Shown here: piece after piece, positions 9,806 through 19,734 of the stretch
Layout of the letters: every line of letters begins with the position of its first letter
How positions within the stretch are numbered: position 1 is the stretch's first letter
Source: an uncultured Ignavibacteria bacterium
GTDB taxonomy: Bacteria; Zixibacteria; MSB-5A5; CAIYYT01
Direction: 5' to 3'
Assembly: GCA_964617645.1 (NCBI GenBank)
Contig: CAZTYE010000013.1
Location: 3,956-67,955 of the forward strand
Length of the DNA: 64,000 nt
Position numbers and translations under genes: made by a program
The notes under the pieces: model-generated
Database searches by the model: none
What the model was told of the DNA's origin: nothing
Seen by the model: only the letters and a program-made list of their open reading frames with translations

Positions 9806-11169
9806 CGGCGCCTCACTAACGGCAGTTTGATAATAAACGTCGTGCCTTTGTCAAGCCCTTCCGAGCGAGCTTCGACTGCGCCTCCGTGTTCCGTGACAAT
9901 TTGCCGGACGAGAAACAGCCCGATGCCGGTGCCTTTCACCGAGCGCGTGCTCTCCTCGCCGGTGCGATAAAAGCGGTCGAAGACTTTCTTGATCTCGTAG
10001 CGTTCGATGCCGATGCCCTGATCGGCGAAGGCGACTTCCACCGCGCGACCGATTCGGCGGGCGGTGATGGTCAGATGACGGCGATGCTCGGGCGAGTATT
10101 TGATGGCATTGTCGACGAGCGCCGTGACGACGCGCCGCAACGCGTGGTAGTCGGTGCGCACCGGCAACTCGGGACCGATCTCGGCGGAGATTTGCATTTG
10201 ATAGCGGTCAAGATGCGGTTGCAGGTCTTCGATATATTCGCGCAGATCGGTCGCCAGATTGGTTTCGACGAGATTGGCATGGTGGCCGCGCGTCCCGATG
10301 CGACCGGCCTCCAGAACATTGTCGACCAGGCCTTCCAGCCGCGCGCAATCATCGAGCATCCGCGGGATGAACCCTTTCACTTTCTCCTGATCGAATTTCC
10401 CGGACGCCATCGTTTCGAGATAAAGTTTGATCGAAGCGAGCGGAATTTTCAGTTCATGCGTAACGGCATGGATGAAGTTCTCCTGTTGCATCTTAAGCTC
10501 TTCCGATTGGCGCAATGTGCGGTAGATCATGAACGCGCCGAAGAGCGTCAACAGCACGAAGAACGAGCCTTCCATCGTAAACATGAAGACACGCCGGCGA
10601 CCGCGCTCCTCGACATCGGCGAGCACCTGCGGCTGGACGGAGAACATCTCCGGCGCGAACCAAGGCGACTCGTAGCGTCCGCGTCGCGCCGCCGCGAATT
10701 GCAGGTCGGCGTTGACGGTTGAGGTGAGTTGTGCCGGATAGGCGGCGTCGAGGAAGACGAGCGCACGATAGCTGGAGCGAACGTCGAGGTAGAATGTCGA
10801 GTCGACCGCGCCGGAAGTGATCAATAAACCGCCCTCAGGATCAAATAGCTGATAGCCAATGACAGCGGGGTCTTCGCGCAGCAGTTCAAAGGCGGCCTCG
10901 AGATGGCGGATGTTGTCGACCGACACGAACGATGCGGCTTCGCGCTCGAGACGGGCATATGAGCGATTAAGAATGGCGGCCGCGAGTTCGGCAGACGCCT
11001 GCGCCTGCCGTTCGTGAAACGCGAGTTGCTCCCTCGAGATCGTGACCTGAAAGTAGATCCACCAGACGATCTGCGCAACGGCGACAACGGCGATGGCGAC
11101 GAAGAGCGCCAGCGCGAGACCGGTGGGTCGGGCCAATTTGCGTTTGATACGATCGATAGCGAACCTCAA
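9802..11169 (-). CDS. Membrane sensor histidine kinase (probable TTG start at 11169)
   Basis: Two TM segments; H-box VTHELKIPL; N-box LVDNAIKYS; G-boxes DQGIGI and GTGIGL. The ORF-track extension to 11280 runs through the REP-like repeat and is likely spurious. Confidence 0.92.
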   Translation of the reverse strand: MRFAIDRIKRKLARPTGLALALFVAIAVVAVAQIVWWIYFQVTISREQLAFHERQAQASAELAAAILNRSYARLEREAASFVSVDNIRHLEAAFELLREDPAVIGYQLFDPEGGLLITSGAVDSTFYLDVRSSYRALVFLDAAYPAQLTSTVNADLQFAAARRGRYESPWFAPEMFSVQPQVLADVEERGRRRVFMFTMEGSFFVLLTLFGAFMIYRTLRQSEELKMQQENFIHAVTHELKIPLASIKLYLETMASGKFDQEKVKGFIPRMLDDCARLEGLVDNVLEAGRIGTRGHHANLVETNLATDLREYIEDLQPHLDRYQMQISAEIGPELPVRTDYHALRRVVTALVDNAIKYSPEHRRHLTITARRIGRAVEVAFADQGIGIERYEIKKVFDRFYRTGEESTRSVKGTGIGLFLVRQIVTEHGGAVEARSEGLDKGTTFIIKLPLVRRR

Positions 11170-11182
11170 TCTTGGACGAATG

Positions 11183-11341
11183 TTGGGTTGGGCGCACTGC
11201 CGTGCGCCTCTACGCGACGTGGCCATGCTTCGGGCGCAAAGTATTGCGCCCCTACCGGCGCAACTTTGGGTTGGGCGCACTGCCGTGCGCCATTACGCAG
11301 CGCAGTCACGCCTCGGGCGCAAAGTATTGCGCCCCGACCGG
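11183..11341. repeat. Two tandem copies (period 83 bp) of a composite REP/BIME-like element, four hairpins in total
   Basis: Copies at 11183-11258 and 11266-11341. Each contains GGCGCACTGCCGTGCGCC and GGGCGCAAAGTATTGCGCCC palindromes. The minus strand reads GTAG/GTCG/GTAA-N-GGCGCA..., the GTAG-type REP signature. Confidence 0.8.
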
Positions 11342-11388
11342 CTCGGGGGATAGATATCCCTTCCGCTTACGCAATATATTATTCCCGA

Positions 11389-12267
11389 TTAGAAACGAAA
11401 GTTGAACTGCAGAAAGAGCGGCGTTTGGCGGTTTGAGTCTGAGGTGACAAAGTCATCGCCGAGCGAGTACATCAGTTCAGCGATCAACCAGCCAACGAGA
11501 GCGCCGGCGGCGACATCGGAAAGATAATGCTGGTGCGCATGGATTCGCGACCACGCGACAAACGACGCCCACGAAAACAGCGCCGTTGGCGGCGCCCAAT
11601 TCCAGTTGCGGAAGTCGCGGCAGTTCAAACGATCGCGCATGACTTGGCGCAACCGCAGATTGAGGTAGGCGGTCGCAAAAAACGCGCTGGAGGCATGGCC
11701 CGATATGAACGATTTGCGGGCATCATCATTGTTGAAGCCTTCCTCGTTTTGAACTTCCGGATGGAAATAGAGCATGGGCCGGGGTCGAGCGAATGCCCAC
11801 TTGAACAAGCCGGTAACGCCTTTGGTGGCGATCAGGCCGCTGCTATATAATAGTATATCCTGCGCGGCGTCTTTTCCGGAACGTTGGGCCGGCCAGCGGA
11901 AATCCGCACCGACCAGAGCGACGCCGCAGAGCGCCGGCGTAATCGCGGATCCGAAAGAGCCATCGATGAAATTCGTCTTGCCCGCGTAGTAGCGACCGCC
12001 GAGCAGTTTCAGCGCCGAACGGTCGAAAAGCACGGGGCCGTTGATCAGCGCTTTCCGCTGGGGCGAGATCGACGGCGTCATTTCGTAGAGGGCGAGCGGA
12101 GCCATTGATGCCGCAAAAACGGCGACAGCTTCGCCGCCGGAAAGATAGTCGCGTTGCGTTGCCGCTCTTCCCGCCGCGGAACTGTCAGCCGCAAAAACGC
12201 TCAGCAGCAGAAGACAAATCAAGAAGACATGCTTGCCCAGAGAGGGGTGACGGCGCCCGCAAATCAA
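11389..12267 (-). CDS. PAP2-superfamily phosphatase with signal-like N-terminus
   Basis: K..FARPRP, SFISGHAS and SRIHAHQHYLSDV..G motifs. The TTG start overlaps the upstream TGA (TTGA). Confidence 0.88.
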   Translation of the reverse strand: MICGRRHPSLGKHVFLICLLLLSVFAADSSAAGRAATQRDYLSGGEAVAVFAASMAPLALYEMTPSISPQRKALINGPVLFDRSALKLLGGRYYAGKTNFIDGSFGSAITPALCGVALVGADFRWPAQRSGKDAAQDILLYSSGLIATKGVTGLFKWAFARPRPMLYFHPEVQNEEGFNNDDARKSFISGHASSAFFATAYLNLRLRQVMRDRLNCRDFRNWNWAPPTALFSWASFVAWSRIHAHQHYLSDVAAGALVGWLIAELMYSLGDDFVTSDSNRQTPLFLQFNFRF

Positions 12268-13964
12268 TGTTCTATCCCGACGATTTCGAACTCGTTACGG
12301 TCCGCATGGTACCAAAGCCAGACGCGCGCCGATTTGCTCCAGCCTCCTTCGGAATGGCGACTCGAAATCTTAAACTCGAGCGGCTTCGGTGCCGCCGTTT
12401 GCGCGCCGATTGTGAAACGTGATTTGATGTTAGCGAGCGCCGAAGCTGCTAAGATCACGCTCGCGCTTGCCGCATCTCCATCGGCGATTGATTTGCCGTC
12501 GTGGCGCAGTGACCAGCGATATTTGTCGGCTCGCGCCGGAGTCCAGCCGTGATCCGCAGCCAAGTCGACGAAAACGATACGAATGCCCTTGGCGTCGGTC
12601 ACGATCTCGAAATCTTCGAGCGGACTCACCTTGGAGAACCAATAGCGGCCAATCTTCTCGCGGCGCGCGATTAGAGTCTGCAACAGATAATCGGCGGCGG
12701 CGGGATCGGAGTATTCGCCGGTTTTGACCAGCGCCGCCAGACGATCATCCGACCACTCCATGACGATCTTCGCGCCCCAGTAGCCGTCACGATCGGTGAG
12801 GTTTTCGAATGCGGAATTCGGGACGATGGGATCGAATTTGTTCGGCGCGAAAATCTCCGACTCGAAGTAGCCGATGGATGCATGCTGAGCCGGTTTGGCG
12901 TCTTCCCAGCCCCATTTTTTGAGTCCGAATGTCAGCCACGAGACGACGACATCGCGCAGGTCAAAGATATTGGCGTAGCCTTGTCTTGGCCCTTTGGGGC
13001 GGTCGCCATTGGCGCCGAAGGTCGAGCCGAAATCGATGAGATAGTGCTTGAGGTAGTTTCGACCGCCATCGTTAACGTATAGATCGAGCGTGTTTTGATC
13101 TTTGGTGTCGTAGTGGTTTACGAATGAAGCGATGACGTAAAGACCCCGAAGTTCGCGTCGATGCTCGTGCGGGCACCAGTCGTTCGGGTCATCTTTGCGG
13201 CGACCGTCGTAAGAGAACGGTCCAACTACCTTGCCGGCGAGGACTTTGGACGCCAATGAACGAATACGGCCGTCCGGTTGATGCGCGACACGAGCAAGAA
13301 TGTCGTCGAGGTCTTGGCGGGTGAACTCGCGCTTGACGCCTTCGCGGTCGGTAAACATCACGCCGGTCTGAATCTGCAGATTCTCCGGCCGCCAATGCAC
13401 AATGGTTTCTTCGGGGACGTTGTATCCGCAGGCATAGAAAAAGCGCGCGCCCATGGCGGCGGCGCCGGTTGCCAGCTCCGGCGCAGACGGCGGGTCGAAT
13501 TTGATTATATACTGCTCGCCGCGGGAATCCTTAATCCAGAAGCCCGGCGTTGCGCCTTGAACCTTGGGACGAAACACGAGCCACGGCTGTGAGGTGTCCG
13601 GGCCGCTGCCGGAGCCGGCGCCGCGCGTGATTTCCGCCGCTGTCATCGGCGATGTGCCGAGTCGATTGGTGAACCACGAAGAGTTGGCGACACCGTCGAA
13701 GCGGGTGATGTTGTAAGATTCTTTGGGCCGACCGACGAGCTTGCGGAAGCTGCGGTCGAGATCAGTGAGTTCTTCCCCCTGACGCCAGAACGTGTTGTCG
13801 ATCGACTGCCAGGCAAGAACCGGATCGACCGCCGCCGGCTGCGCGATGGTGGCGGTGTCGTGTTCGTGAACGCGGTCAGGGCCGGGGCGATAGACGACAT
13901 GATGCCGTGCGCAGCCGATCAGTCCGATTCCGACGGCAATGGTCAAAATCCGCAGAGCGATCAC
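12264..13964 (-). CDS. Lipoprotein with predicted PI3/PI4-kinase/HipA-like fold (probable GTG start at 13964)
   Basis: Lipobox LIG-C; GATPGFWIKDSRGEQYIIKF, PELATGA..GYNVPEETIV, NHYDTKDQN and YLIDFGSTFG line up with the ATP-loop/Lys, catalytic-loop and DFG-like elements of atypical kinases. GTGA overlap with the Omp85 stop. Confidence 0.65.
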   Translation of the reverse strand: MIALRILTIAVGIGLIGCARHHVVYRPGPDRVHEHDTATIAQPAAVDPVLAWQSIDNTFWRQGEELTDLDRSFRKLVGRPKESYNITRFDGVANSSWFTNRLGTSPMTAAEITRGAGSGSGPDTSQPWLVFRPKVQGATPGFWIKDSRGEQYIIKFDPPSAPELATGAAAMGARFFYACGYNVPEETIVHWRPENLQIQTGVMFTDREGVKREFTRQDLDDILARVAHQPDGRIRSLASKVLAGKVVGPFSYDGRRKDDPNDWCPHEHRRELRGLYVIASFVNHYDTKDQNTLDLYVNDGGRNYLKHYLIDFGSTFGANGDRPKGPRQGYANIFDLRDVVVSWLTFGLKKWGWEDAKPAQHASIGYFESEIFAPNKFDPIVPNSAFENLTDRDGYWGAKIVMEWSDDRLAALVKTGEYSDPAAADYLLQTLIARREKIGRYWFSKVSPLEDFEIVTDAKGIRIVFVDLAADHGWTPARADKYRWSLRHDGKSIADGDAASASVILAASALANIKSRFTIGAQTAAPKPLEFKISSRHSEGGWSKSARVWLWYHADRNEFEIVGIEH

Positions 13965-15280
13965 CAGTCGCCGCCCATCTCGAAGTAGACACGCCAACCT
14001 TCATCGGAACGCGCGACTTGCACGCTGAGCGCGACGCCGCTTTCATTCCAGAGCCGCAGGCCGGTCCCGTATCCTTCGTGCCAATTACGGAGAGTGAACT
14101 CGTCGCCGATGGCGGCAAAAACGCGGCCGGCTTCGGCAAAGATGAAGGCATCAATGACGTCCCAAATTGGATAACGGTACTCGAGGACCGCCTGAACGCG
14201 ATCGTAGTCGACATATCTGCTGCTGACGAAGCCGCGCAGGTCGTCGCGGCCACCGAGGCGACTTTTGAGATAAAAGGGGATTGTCGCGAGCTCTTTGTCG
14301 GCATCCACCGATTCGGCGAGCAGTTTCAGCGCCAACACGCGCTTATGATAGAGATTGAGATACTGTGTTAGCTCCAGCGACGCGCGCGTGAACCGGACAT
14401 CTTCGTCTTTCCCGATTCCGTCGGCGACGATCAACTCGACCAACTCGCGACCGCCGGCGGTTGGCTGTCCGCGCTCATTGCGCCAGTCGTGGTCGAAGCT
14501 CAGGCCGCCGGAAAGAACGCGGCTGCGACGGAGATCGGCAGGACGCAGGTCGAATTTCTCCAAGATGTCGTCGAGATCCCCGGTTAAGTCCGGCGTCTTG
14601 CCGCCGTAGATGTTCGTCGCGCGATACGCGGCGATAACGCCAACGGTGATGTTCTGAGCCAGCAGCCAGCGGTTCATGGCTTTGACCTCAAACCACTCCG
14701 TCGTGTACGCGACTTTGTCCGATTCGTGAGTGTCGTTGCCTAATCCGTAGAAATTTTCGCGCGGACGACGGCGATAAGTGATCTCCAAGTCCAGACCGCT
14801 GCGTGACGAAAACAGTTGCGGCGCTCGATAAGACAGGCCGTGCCGGTGATAGCTATGGGTCGAATAGGTGCTGATGATGCGCAAATGTCCCTGCGGCGAG
14901 AACGCCTGCGGCTTCACGAACTCGAAGCCGTAACGCAAACCGGGATTTGTGCCGTAGGAGACGGCGGGAATAATTCCCGACGGTGACTTGAACGAGAAAA
15001 CACGCCGCGCCACGCGATATACGGCCGGATTGCGGTAGATCCCGTGCACGACCGCCCAGTTGAGGCCTTTGCCGACATAGAGCGGGACGCGAAGAACGGT
15101 CTCCGGAGCATCGAGCAGGTAATCGCCAAAGTTCTTGCGGGGCGCTTCGGGCCGTTGGGTCAACGCCGTATCGATGTCGGCTACTGCTGCAGGCTGCGCC
15201 GCCGCGACATTAGTTGCGAGGATGAAGCCGGCCAAGATAAATGTGGCCAAATTCAGTCCGAGATAGATAGTCGACTTCAT
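13961..15280 (-). CDS. Omp85 (BamA/TamA-family) outer-membrane barrel, apparently without POTRA domains (probable ATG at 15280)
   Basis: Signal peptide MKSTIYLGLNLATFILAGFILATNVAAA; LGGRDDLRGF loop-6 motif; FAEAGRVF; GYGTGLR; terminal Trp; only ~440 aa. Confidence 0.85.
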   Translation of the reverse strand: MKSTIYLGLNLATFILAGFILATNVAAAQPAAVADIDTALTQRPEAPRKNFGDYLLDAPETVLRVPLYVGKGLNWAVVHGIYRNPAVYRVARRVFSFKSPSGIIPAVSYGTNPGLRYGFEFVKPQAFSPQGHLRIISTYSTHSYHRHGLSYRAPQLFSSRSGLDLEITYRRRPRENFYGLGNDTHESDKVAYTTEWFEVKAMNRWLLAQNITVGVIAAYRATNIYGGKTPDLTGDLDDILEKFDLRPADLRRSRVLSGGLSFDHDWRNERGQPTAGGRELVELIVADGIGKDEDVRFTRASLELTQYLNLYHKRVLALKLLAESVDADKELATIPFYLKSRLGGRDDLRGFVSSRYVDYDRVQAVLEYRYPIWDVIDAFIFAEAGRVFAAIGDEFTLRNWHEGYGTGLRLWNESGVALSVQVARSDEGWRVYFEMGGDW

Positions 15281-15392
15281 GGTGTGGGGGAATATATTCG
15301 CGGCGTCGACCGGCGTCAAGTATCGGCTCGGAATAAATGGCTGTTGCCGCCGGCTGGTCATGCGGGTATTATTTCCGTAATCGAGTTGAGGT

Positions 15393-18185
15393 ATGGCAGA
15401 GATCAGATTATTACTTGTCGAGCCCGATCCGGAGAGGCGCCGCCGAACGGCACAGCAGTTGCGCCGGCGCGAGTTCCAAGTTACGATGGCGCGATCCGGC
15501 GCGCAGGCGCTCACGCTCAGCCGCGCTTCGGTCTTCGACGCCGTCGTCGCGAATTTGAGCGCCGTCGCCGCTGAAGCGGATCAGGTAATCGAAGGACTTC
15601 GAGCAGCGCTGCCCCAGTCACCGATCTTGCTGCTGACTCCGCGAAAAGCCGAGTCTCGGGCGCTGGCGGCGATTGCGCGCGGCGCCTATCAGTTTCTCTT
15701 TTTGCCGGTCAGCATTGACAACTTGGAATTGACGATCCGGCTGGCGGTCGAACATCAGCGGTTGCGCCGGCGGCTGCAAACGCACTCGCGCGAGCTGGAA
15801 CGGAAGACGGATTCGCTGGAACGCCGCACGGCGGAGCTCTCGCAAGCGCTGAGAGAGTTGGAGGCAAGCCGGGATGAATTGCAGGCGGTGTTCGACAGTT
15901 CGCATAGCCTGCTGCTTTTTGTCGACAACGCCGATTGCATCGTAAGCTGTAATCCGCGCGTACGCGAATACTTCGGTTTGTCGCCGGAAGATGTCGCGCA
16001 CCGGCCGTTTACCGAATTCATCGGCAAGGTCGGCCGCCTGCTCCAAAATCCGGAAAATGCCGAGCGGGCGCTCAGCGACCCGGCATTCTACAAGGCCGAC
16101 CAGATGTCGAATGACGACGCGCACGCGATGTTCCGGCGCGCCTGGGTGGTTGCCGAATCGCAGCGCGTGATCGCGCCCTGGGTCGTCGATGTCACGGCGC
16201 GCGACGGGCACAAGCTGGGGCGCTTTTGGGGATTTTCGGACATCACCGGCGTCAAACAAGCGGACGATCATATCCATGCGGTGATTGAGGCGGCGCCGAT
16301 TCCGCTGATCATTACACGCTTTCCAGAGGGGACGATTCTGTTCGCGAACGAGCGGATGTCGTCGATTGTCGGATTGAAGCCGAAAGATCTCGTCGGGCGA
16401 CGCGCGCCGGAGTTCTACGCCGACCCCAGCGAGCGCGAGAATCTTCTCAAGGAGTTGACGGCGACCGGCCGCGCGCAACAGGAAATGCGCGTGCGCCATG
16501 TTGACGGCAGCGAAATCTGGATGATCTTCATGGTCGCATTGGCGGAGATCAATCGCCAGAAGGTGATCATTGGCGGGCTCTACGACATTTCCGAGCGCAA
16601 GTCGATTGAAGAGCAATTGCGGCGGGAGCGCAACTTCGTGGCGGCGGTGATTAATACGGTCGACGCCCTGATCATCGTCCTCGACACCGAGGGCCGGATC
16701 GTGCAGTTCAACCGCGCCTGCGAGAGCATCAGCGGCTACGAAAGCTTCGAAACGCGGGGGCGTTTCGTTTGGGATTTCCTGTTGCCGCCCGAGGAAGTCG
16801 CGGCGGTGCAGGCGGCATTCGCCGATGTCCGGGCACAAACCCTGAGCGGCACATTTACGAATCACTGGCTGACACGCGACGGACGCAAGCGACTGATCGA
16901 ATGGTCGAACACCGTCCTGAGCGACGCCGACGGCAAAATCGAATATGTGATCGGCACCGGCATCGACGTGACGGAAGAACGAGCGGCGCTCGAGGCACTG
17001 CGAGTTTCGGAAGAACGATTCCGCACGATCGTCGAAAATGCCAACGACATCATCTATCTGCTCGACGACGACGGCGTCTTCCGCTACGTTTCGCCAAATT
17101 GGACGCAGTGGCTCGGACACGAAGTCGCCGAGGTCGTCGGGCAACCTTTCTCGGATTTCGTTCATCCCGATGACCGGCAGCTCTGTCAAGAGTGCTTTAT
17201 TCAGATACTGACGTCGCAGCGTCGTCTAAGCGGGATCGAACACCGCGTTCGACATAAGAACGGCAGCTATCGCTGGCACAACACGAGCGCGTCGCCGTTG
17301 CCGAGCGCAAGCGGTCGATCATCGCAGTATGTCGGGATTTCTCATGACGTCACCGAGCGCAAGAAGACGCAGGACGAACTGGCGGCGGCTTACAAAGACC
17401 TAAAAAGCACGCAGAGCCAATTGGTGCAGTCGGAGAAGATGGCCTCTTTGGGCATGCTGGTGGCGGGGATTGCCCACGAGATCAACACACCGATCGGCGC
17501 GGTGGCGAGCATGCACGATACGCTGGTACGCGCCGTCGACAAATTGACCCGCTCGCTGGACTGCATCGGCGAACAATCCGGCGCCGACACCGAGAGTATC
17601 GCCGAAACGCTGCGACTCATCGAAGACGCCAACCGCGTGATCGTCTCCGGCACCGAGCGCGTGGTGAATATCGTCCGGCGTTTGCGCAGTTTCGCGCGTT
17701 TGGATGAAGCGGAAATCAAGCGCATCGATATCCATGAGGGACTCGAAGACACGTTGACGCTCATCCACCATGAGATCAAACACAACATCAAGCTGGAACG
17801 GCGGTTCGGCGCGGTGCCGCGTCTGGCGTGCTACCCCGGACGATTGAATCAAGTTTTTCTCAATTTGCTGATCAATGCGAAACAGGCGATCGTGGACAAG
17901 GGCACGATCACGATCACGACCGGCACACAGGGCATATTTGCTTTCATCGAATTCGCGGATTCCGGCGTCGGCATCCCGCCGGAAAATCTACAGCGCATCT
18001 TCGATCCGGGATTCACGACGAAAGGCGTCGGGGTCGGCACCGGCTTAGGGCTGTCGATCTGCTATCAAATCGTGCGCGATCATCGCGGAACGATCGAAGT
18101 GGCAAGCGAGGTTGGCGTCGGGACGACGTTTCGCGTGTTGCTGCCGCTGAACCTTGACGAAATCCTCGGAGTGTCGGCGGGTTAG
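15393..18185 (+). CDS. Cytoplasmic hybrid histidine kinase: receiver, coiled coil, four PAS domains, NtrB-like HisKA/HATPase
   Basis: N-terminal LLLVEPD receiver-like domain; four PAS-like repeats; SEKMASLGMLVAGIAHEINTP; NLLINAKQA; FTTKGVGVGTGLGL. Confidence 0.92.
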   Translation: MAEIRLLLVEPDPERRRRTAQQLRRREFQVTMARSGAQALTLSRASVFDAVVANLSAVAAEADQVIEGLRAALPQSPILLLTPRKAESRALAAIARGAYQFLFLPVSIDNLELTIRLAVEHQRLRRRLQTHSRELERKTDSLERRTAELSQALRELEASRDELQAVFDSSHSLLLFVDNADCIVSCNPRVREYFGLSPEDVAHRPFTEFIGKVGRLLQNPENAERALSDPAFYKADQMSNDDAHAMFRRAWVVAESQRVIAPWVVDVTARDGHKLGRFWGFSDITGVKQADDHIHAVIEAAPIPLIITRFPEGTILFANERMSSIVGLKPKDLVGRRAPEFYADPSERENLLKELTATGRAQQEMRVRHVDGSEIWMIFMVALAEINRQKVIIGGLYDISERKSIEEQLRRERNFVAAVINTVDALIIVLDTEGRIVQFNRACESISGYESFETRGRFVWDFLLPPEEVAAVQAAFADVRAQTLSGTFTNHWLTRDGRKRLIEWSNTVLSDADGKIEYVIGTGIDVTEERAALEALRVSEERFRTIVENANDIIYLLDDDGVFRYVSPNWTQWLGHEVAEVVGQPFSDFVHPDDRQLCQECFIQILTSQRRLSGIEHRVRHKNGSYRWHNTSASPLPSASGRSSQYVGISHDVTERKKTQDELAAAYKDLKSTQSQLVQSEKMASLGMLVAGIAHEINTPIGAVASMHDTLVRAVDKLTRSLDCIGEQSGADTESIAETLRLIEDANRVIVSGTERVVNIVRRLRSFARLDEAEIKRIDIHEGLEDTLTLIHHEIKHNIKLERRFGAVPRLACYPGRLNQVFLNLLINAKQAIVDKGTITITTGTQGIFAFIEFADSGVGIPPENLQRIFDPGFTTKGVGVGTGLGLSICYQIVRDHRGTIEVASEVGVGTTFRVLLPLNLDEILGVSAG

Positions 18186-18210
18186 TCGGTTAGCCCGGCG
18201 CAACGCAAGC

Positions 18211-19734
18211 ATGAAGCGATTCCTGCTAAAAACGTTCGATGTCCGGCCCGAAGAGCGTCGCCTGACATCGCTGTTGGCGGTCAACTACGCGTTACTGCTG
18301 GCAACCTTTTACCTGCTTAAACCGGCGCGCGACAGTTTATTCCTCGTCAAACTGACTCCCGACCAACTGCCGCTGGTGTTCATTCTTTCGGCGTTTGCGA
18401 CGCTGCCGGTAGCCGCGCTGTATGCGCGCGCCGCGAGAAGGTTTGGGCCGGTGGCGTTGACGAACGGCACGACGATCTTCCTGATCGTCAACCTGGCGGC
18501 GCTTCGCTATCTGGTGACGGCCGGCGGCGAGTGGGTGTACTACGTGTTTTACGCCTGGGTCGGGATTTACGGGATTCTGGTTACGGCGCAATTCTGGCTT
18601 CTGGCAAACGCGCTCTATGACGCGACGCAGGCTAAGCGTTTGTTTTCGCTGCTCGGCGCGGCCGGAATCGTCGGCGCCTTTCTCGGCGGTGAGTTGACCG
18701 CGTTCTTAGTCGCGCGCCTGCATCTGGGGACGGAGAACTTGCTGTTGGCTACTATGGGACTCCTGACTTTGAGTGTCCTTGCCGTTGGCATGATCGCCCG
18801 CAGCCGCCGACACGAGTTGGCCCGAAGACAAAGCGCGCGCCAAACTCGAGAACCGACCGCATTGCCAATTATTGATGCGGCGCGCACCGTCGCACGATCG
18901 CGCTTGCTGGTGGCCATTGTCGCTTTGATCGCCGTTGCGGTGATGGTATCGACACTCATCGATTATGTCTTTAAAGATATCTGCTATCGGGAATTGGCGG
19001 GCGACAAGCAGAGCCTGACCGCATTTTTTGGCACATTCTATGGCCGCGTCAGCCTGATCGCGCTGGCGATTCAATTGCTGGCGACTTACCCGCTGCTCAG
19101 GCGGTTCGGCGTCGGCGGTGTGTTAGTTTTCATGCCGCTGGCGATTATCGGGGGTGACGCCGCGATCATGCTTACTCCGACGCTCATCGGAGCGATGCTG
19201 CTCAAAGGATCGGAAGGATCGCTGGAATACTCGCTCGATCGCGTCGGCCGTGAACTGCTTTTTCTGCCGGTGCCGATACAGGTCAAGGCGCGGGTCAAGA
19301 TTCTTGTCGATATCTTCGCCGACCGATTCTTCCGCGGCGTGGCGGGAATCATTCTGTTGGTGCTGCTGGCAATCGCGGCGGCGACAACCGAGAACATCGC
19401 GCTGATAATCGGCGGATTGGCGCTAATCTGGGTGACGATCGGATTTTGGGTTCGCCGCGAATACATTGACTCGTTTCGCCACGCCATGGAGCGGCGCGAA
19501 ATCGATCTTGAAGACCAACGATTGCGGATCGATGATGATGCCACGCTACAAACTCTCGTCGTTTCCCTTGCGAGCCTGAACGAACGCCAAGTCAGTTATG
19601 CGCTTGAGTTGCTCAAATCCGCGCGCAAGCCGGCGCTCGTCGCGGAAGTCGGTCCGCTGCTGAAACATCGCTCGCCGGAAGTTCGGCGCAGGGCGCTCGA
19701 ACTGCTTCAGGAGTATCATGAACTGGTTGGCTGA
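18211..19734 (+). CDS. Npt1/Npt2 (ATP/ADP translocase-like) MFS transporter with the start of a HEAT-repeat region; 5' part of a split gene
   Basis: YLLKPARDSLF, QFWLLANALYD..QAKRLF, EYSLDRVGRELLFLP and K..VDIFADR motifs; about 12 TM segments; HEAT-like tail LLKHRSPEVRRRALELL. Confidence 0.8.
   Translation: MKRFLLKTFDVRPEERRLTSLLAVNYALLLATFYLLKPARDSLFLVKLTPDQLPLVFILSAFATLPVAALYARAARRFGPVALTNGTTIFLIVNLAALRYLVTAGGEWVYYVFYAWVGIYGILVTAQFWLLANALYDATQAKRLFSLLGAAGIVGAFLGGELTAFLVARLHLGTENLLLATMGLLTLSVLAVGMIARSRRHELARRQSARQTREPTALPIIDAARTVARSRLLVAIVALIAVAVMVSTLIDYVFKDICYRELAGDKQSLTAFFGTFYGRVSLIALAIQLLATYPLLRRFGVGGVLVFMPLAIIGGDAAIMLTPTLIGAMLLKGSEGSLEYSLDRVGRELLFLPVPIQVKARVKILVDIFADRFFRGVAGIILLVLLAIAAATTENIALIIGGLALIWVTIGFWVRREYIDSFRHAMERREIDLEDQRLRIDDDATLQTLVVSLASLNERQVSYALELLKSARKPALVAEVGPLLKHRSPEVRRRALELLQEYHELVG

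Noticed and set aside
11183-11341. CRISPR array
   Set aside because: Only two long palindromic units with near-identical internal segments; no unique spacers and no cas genes.
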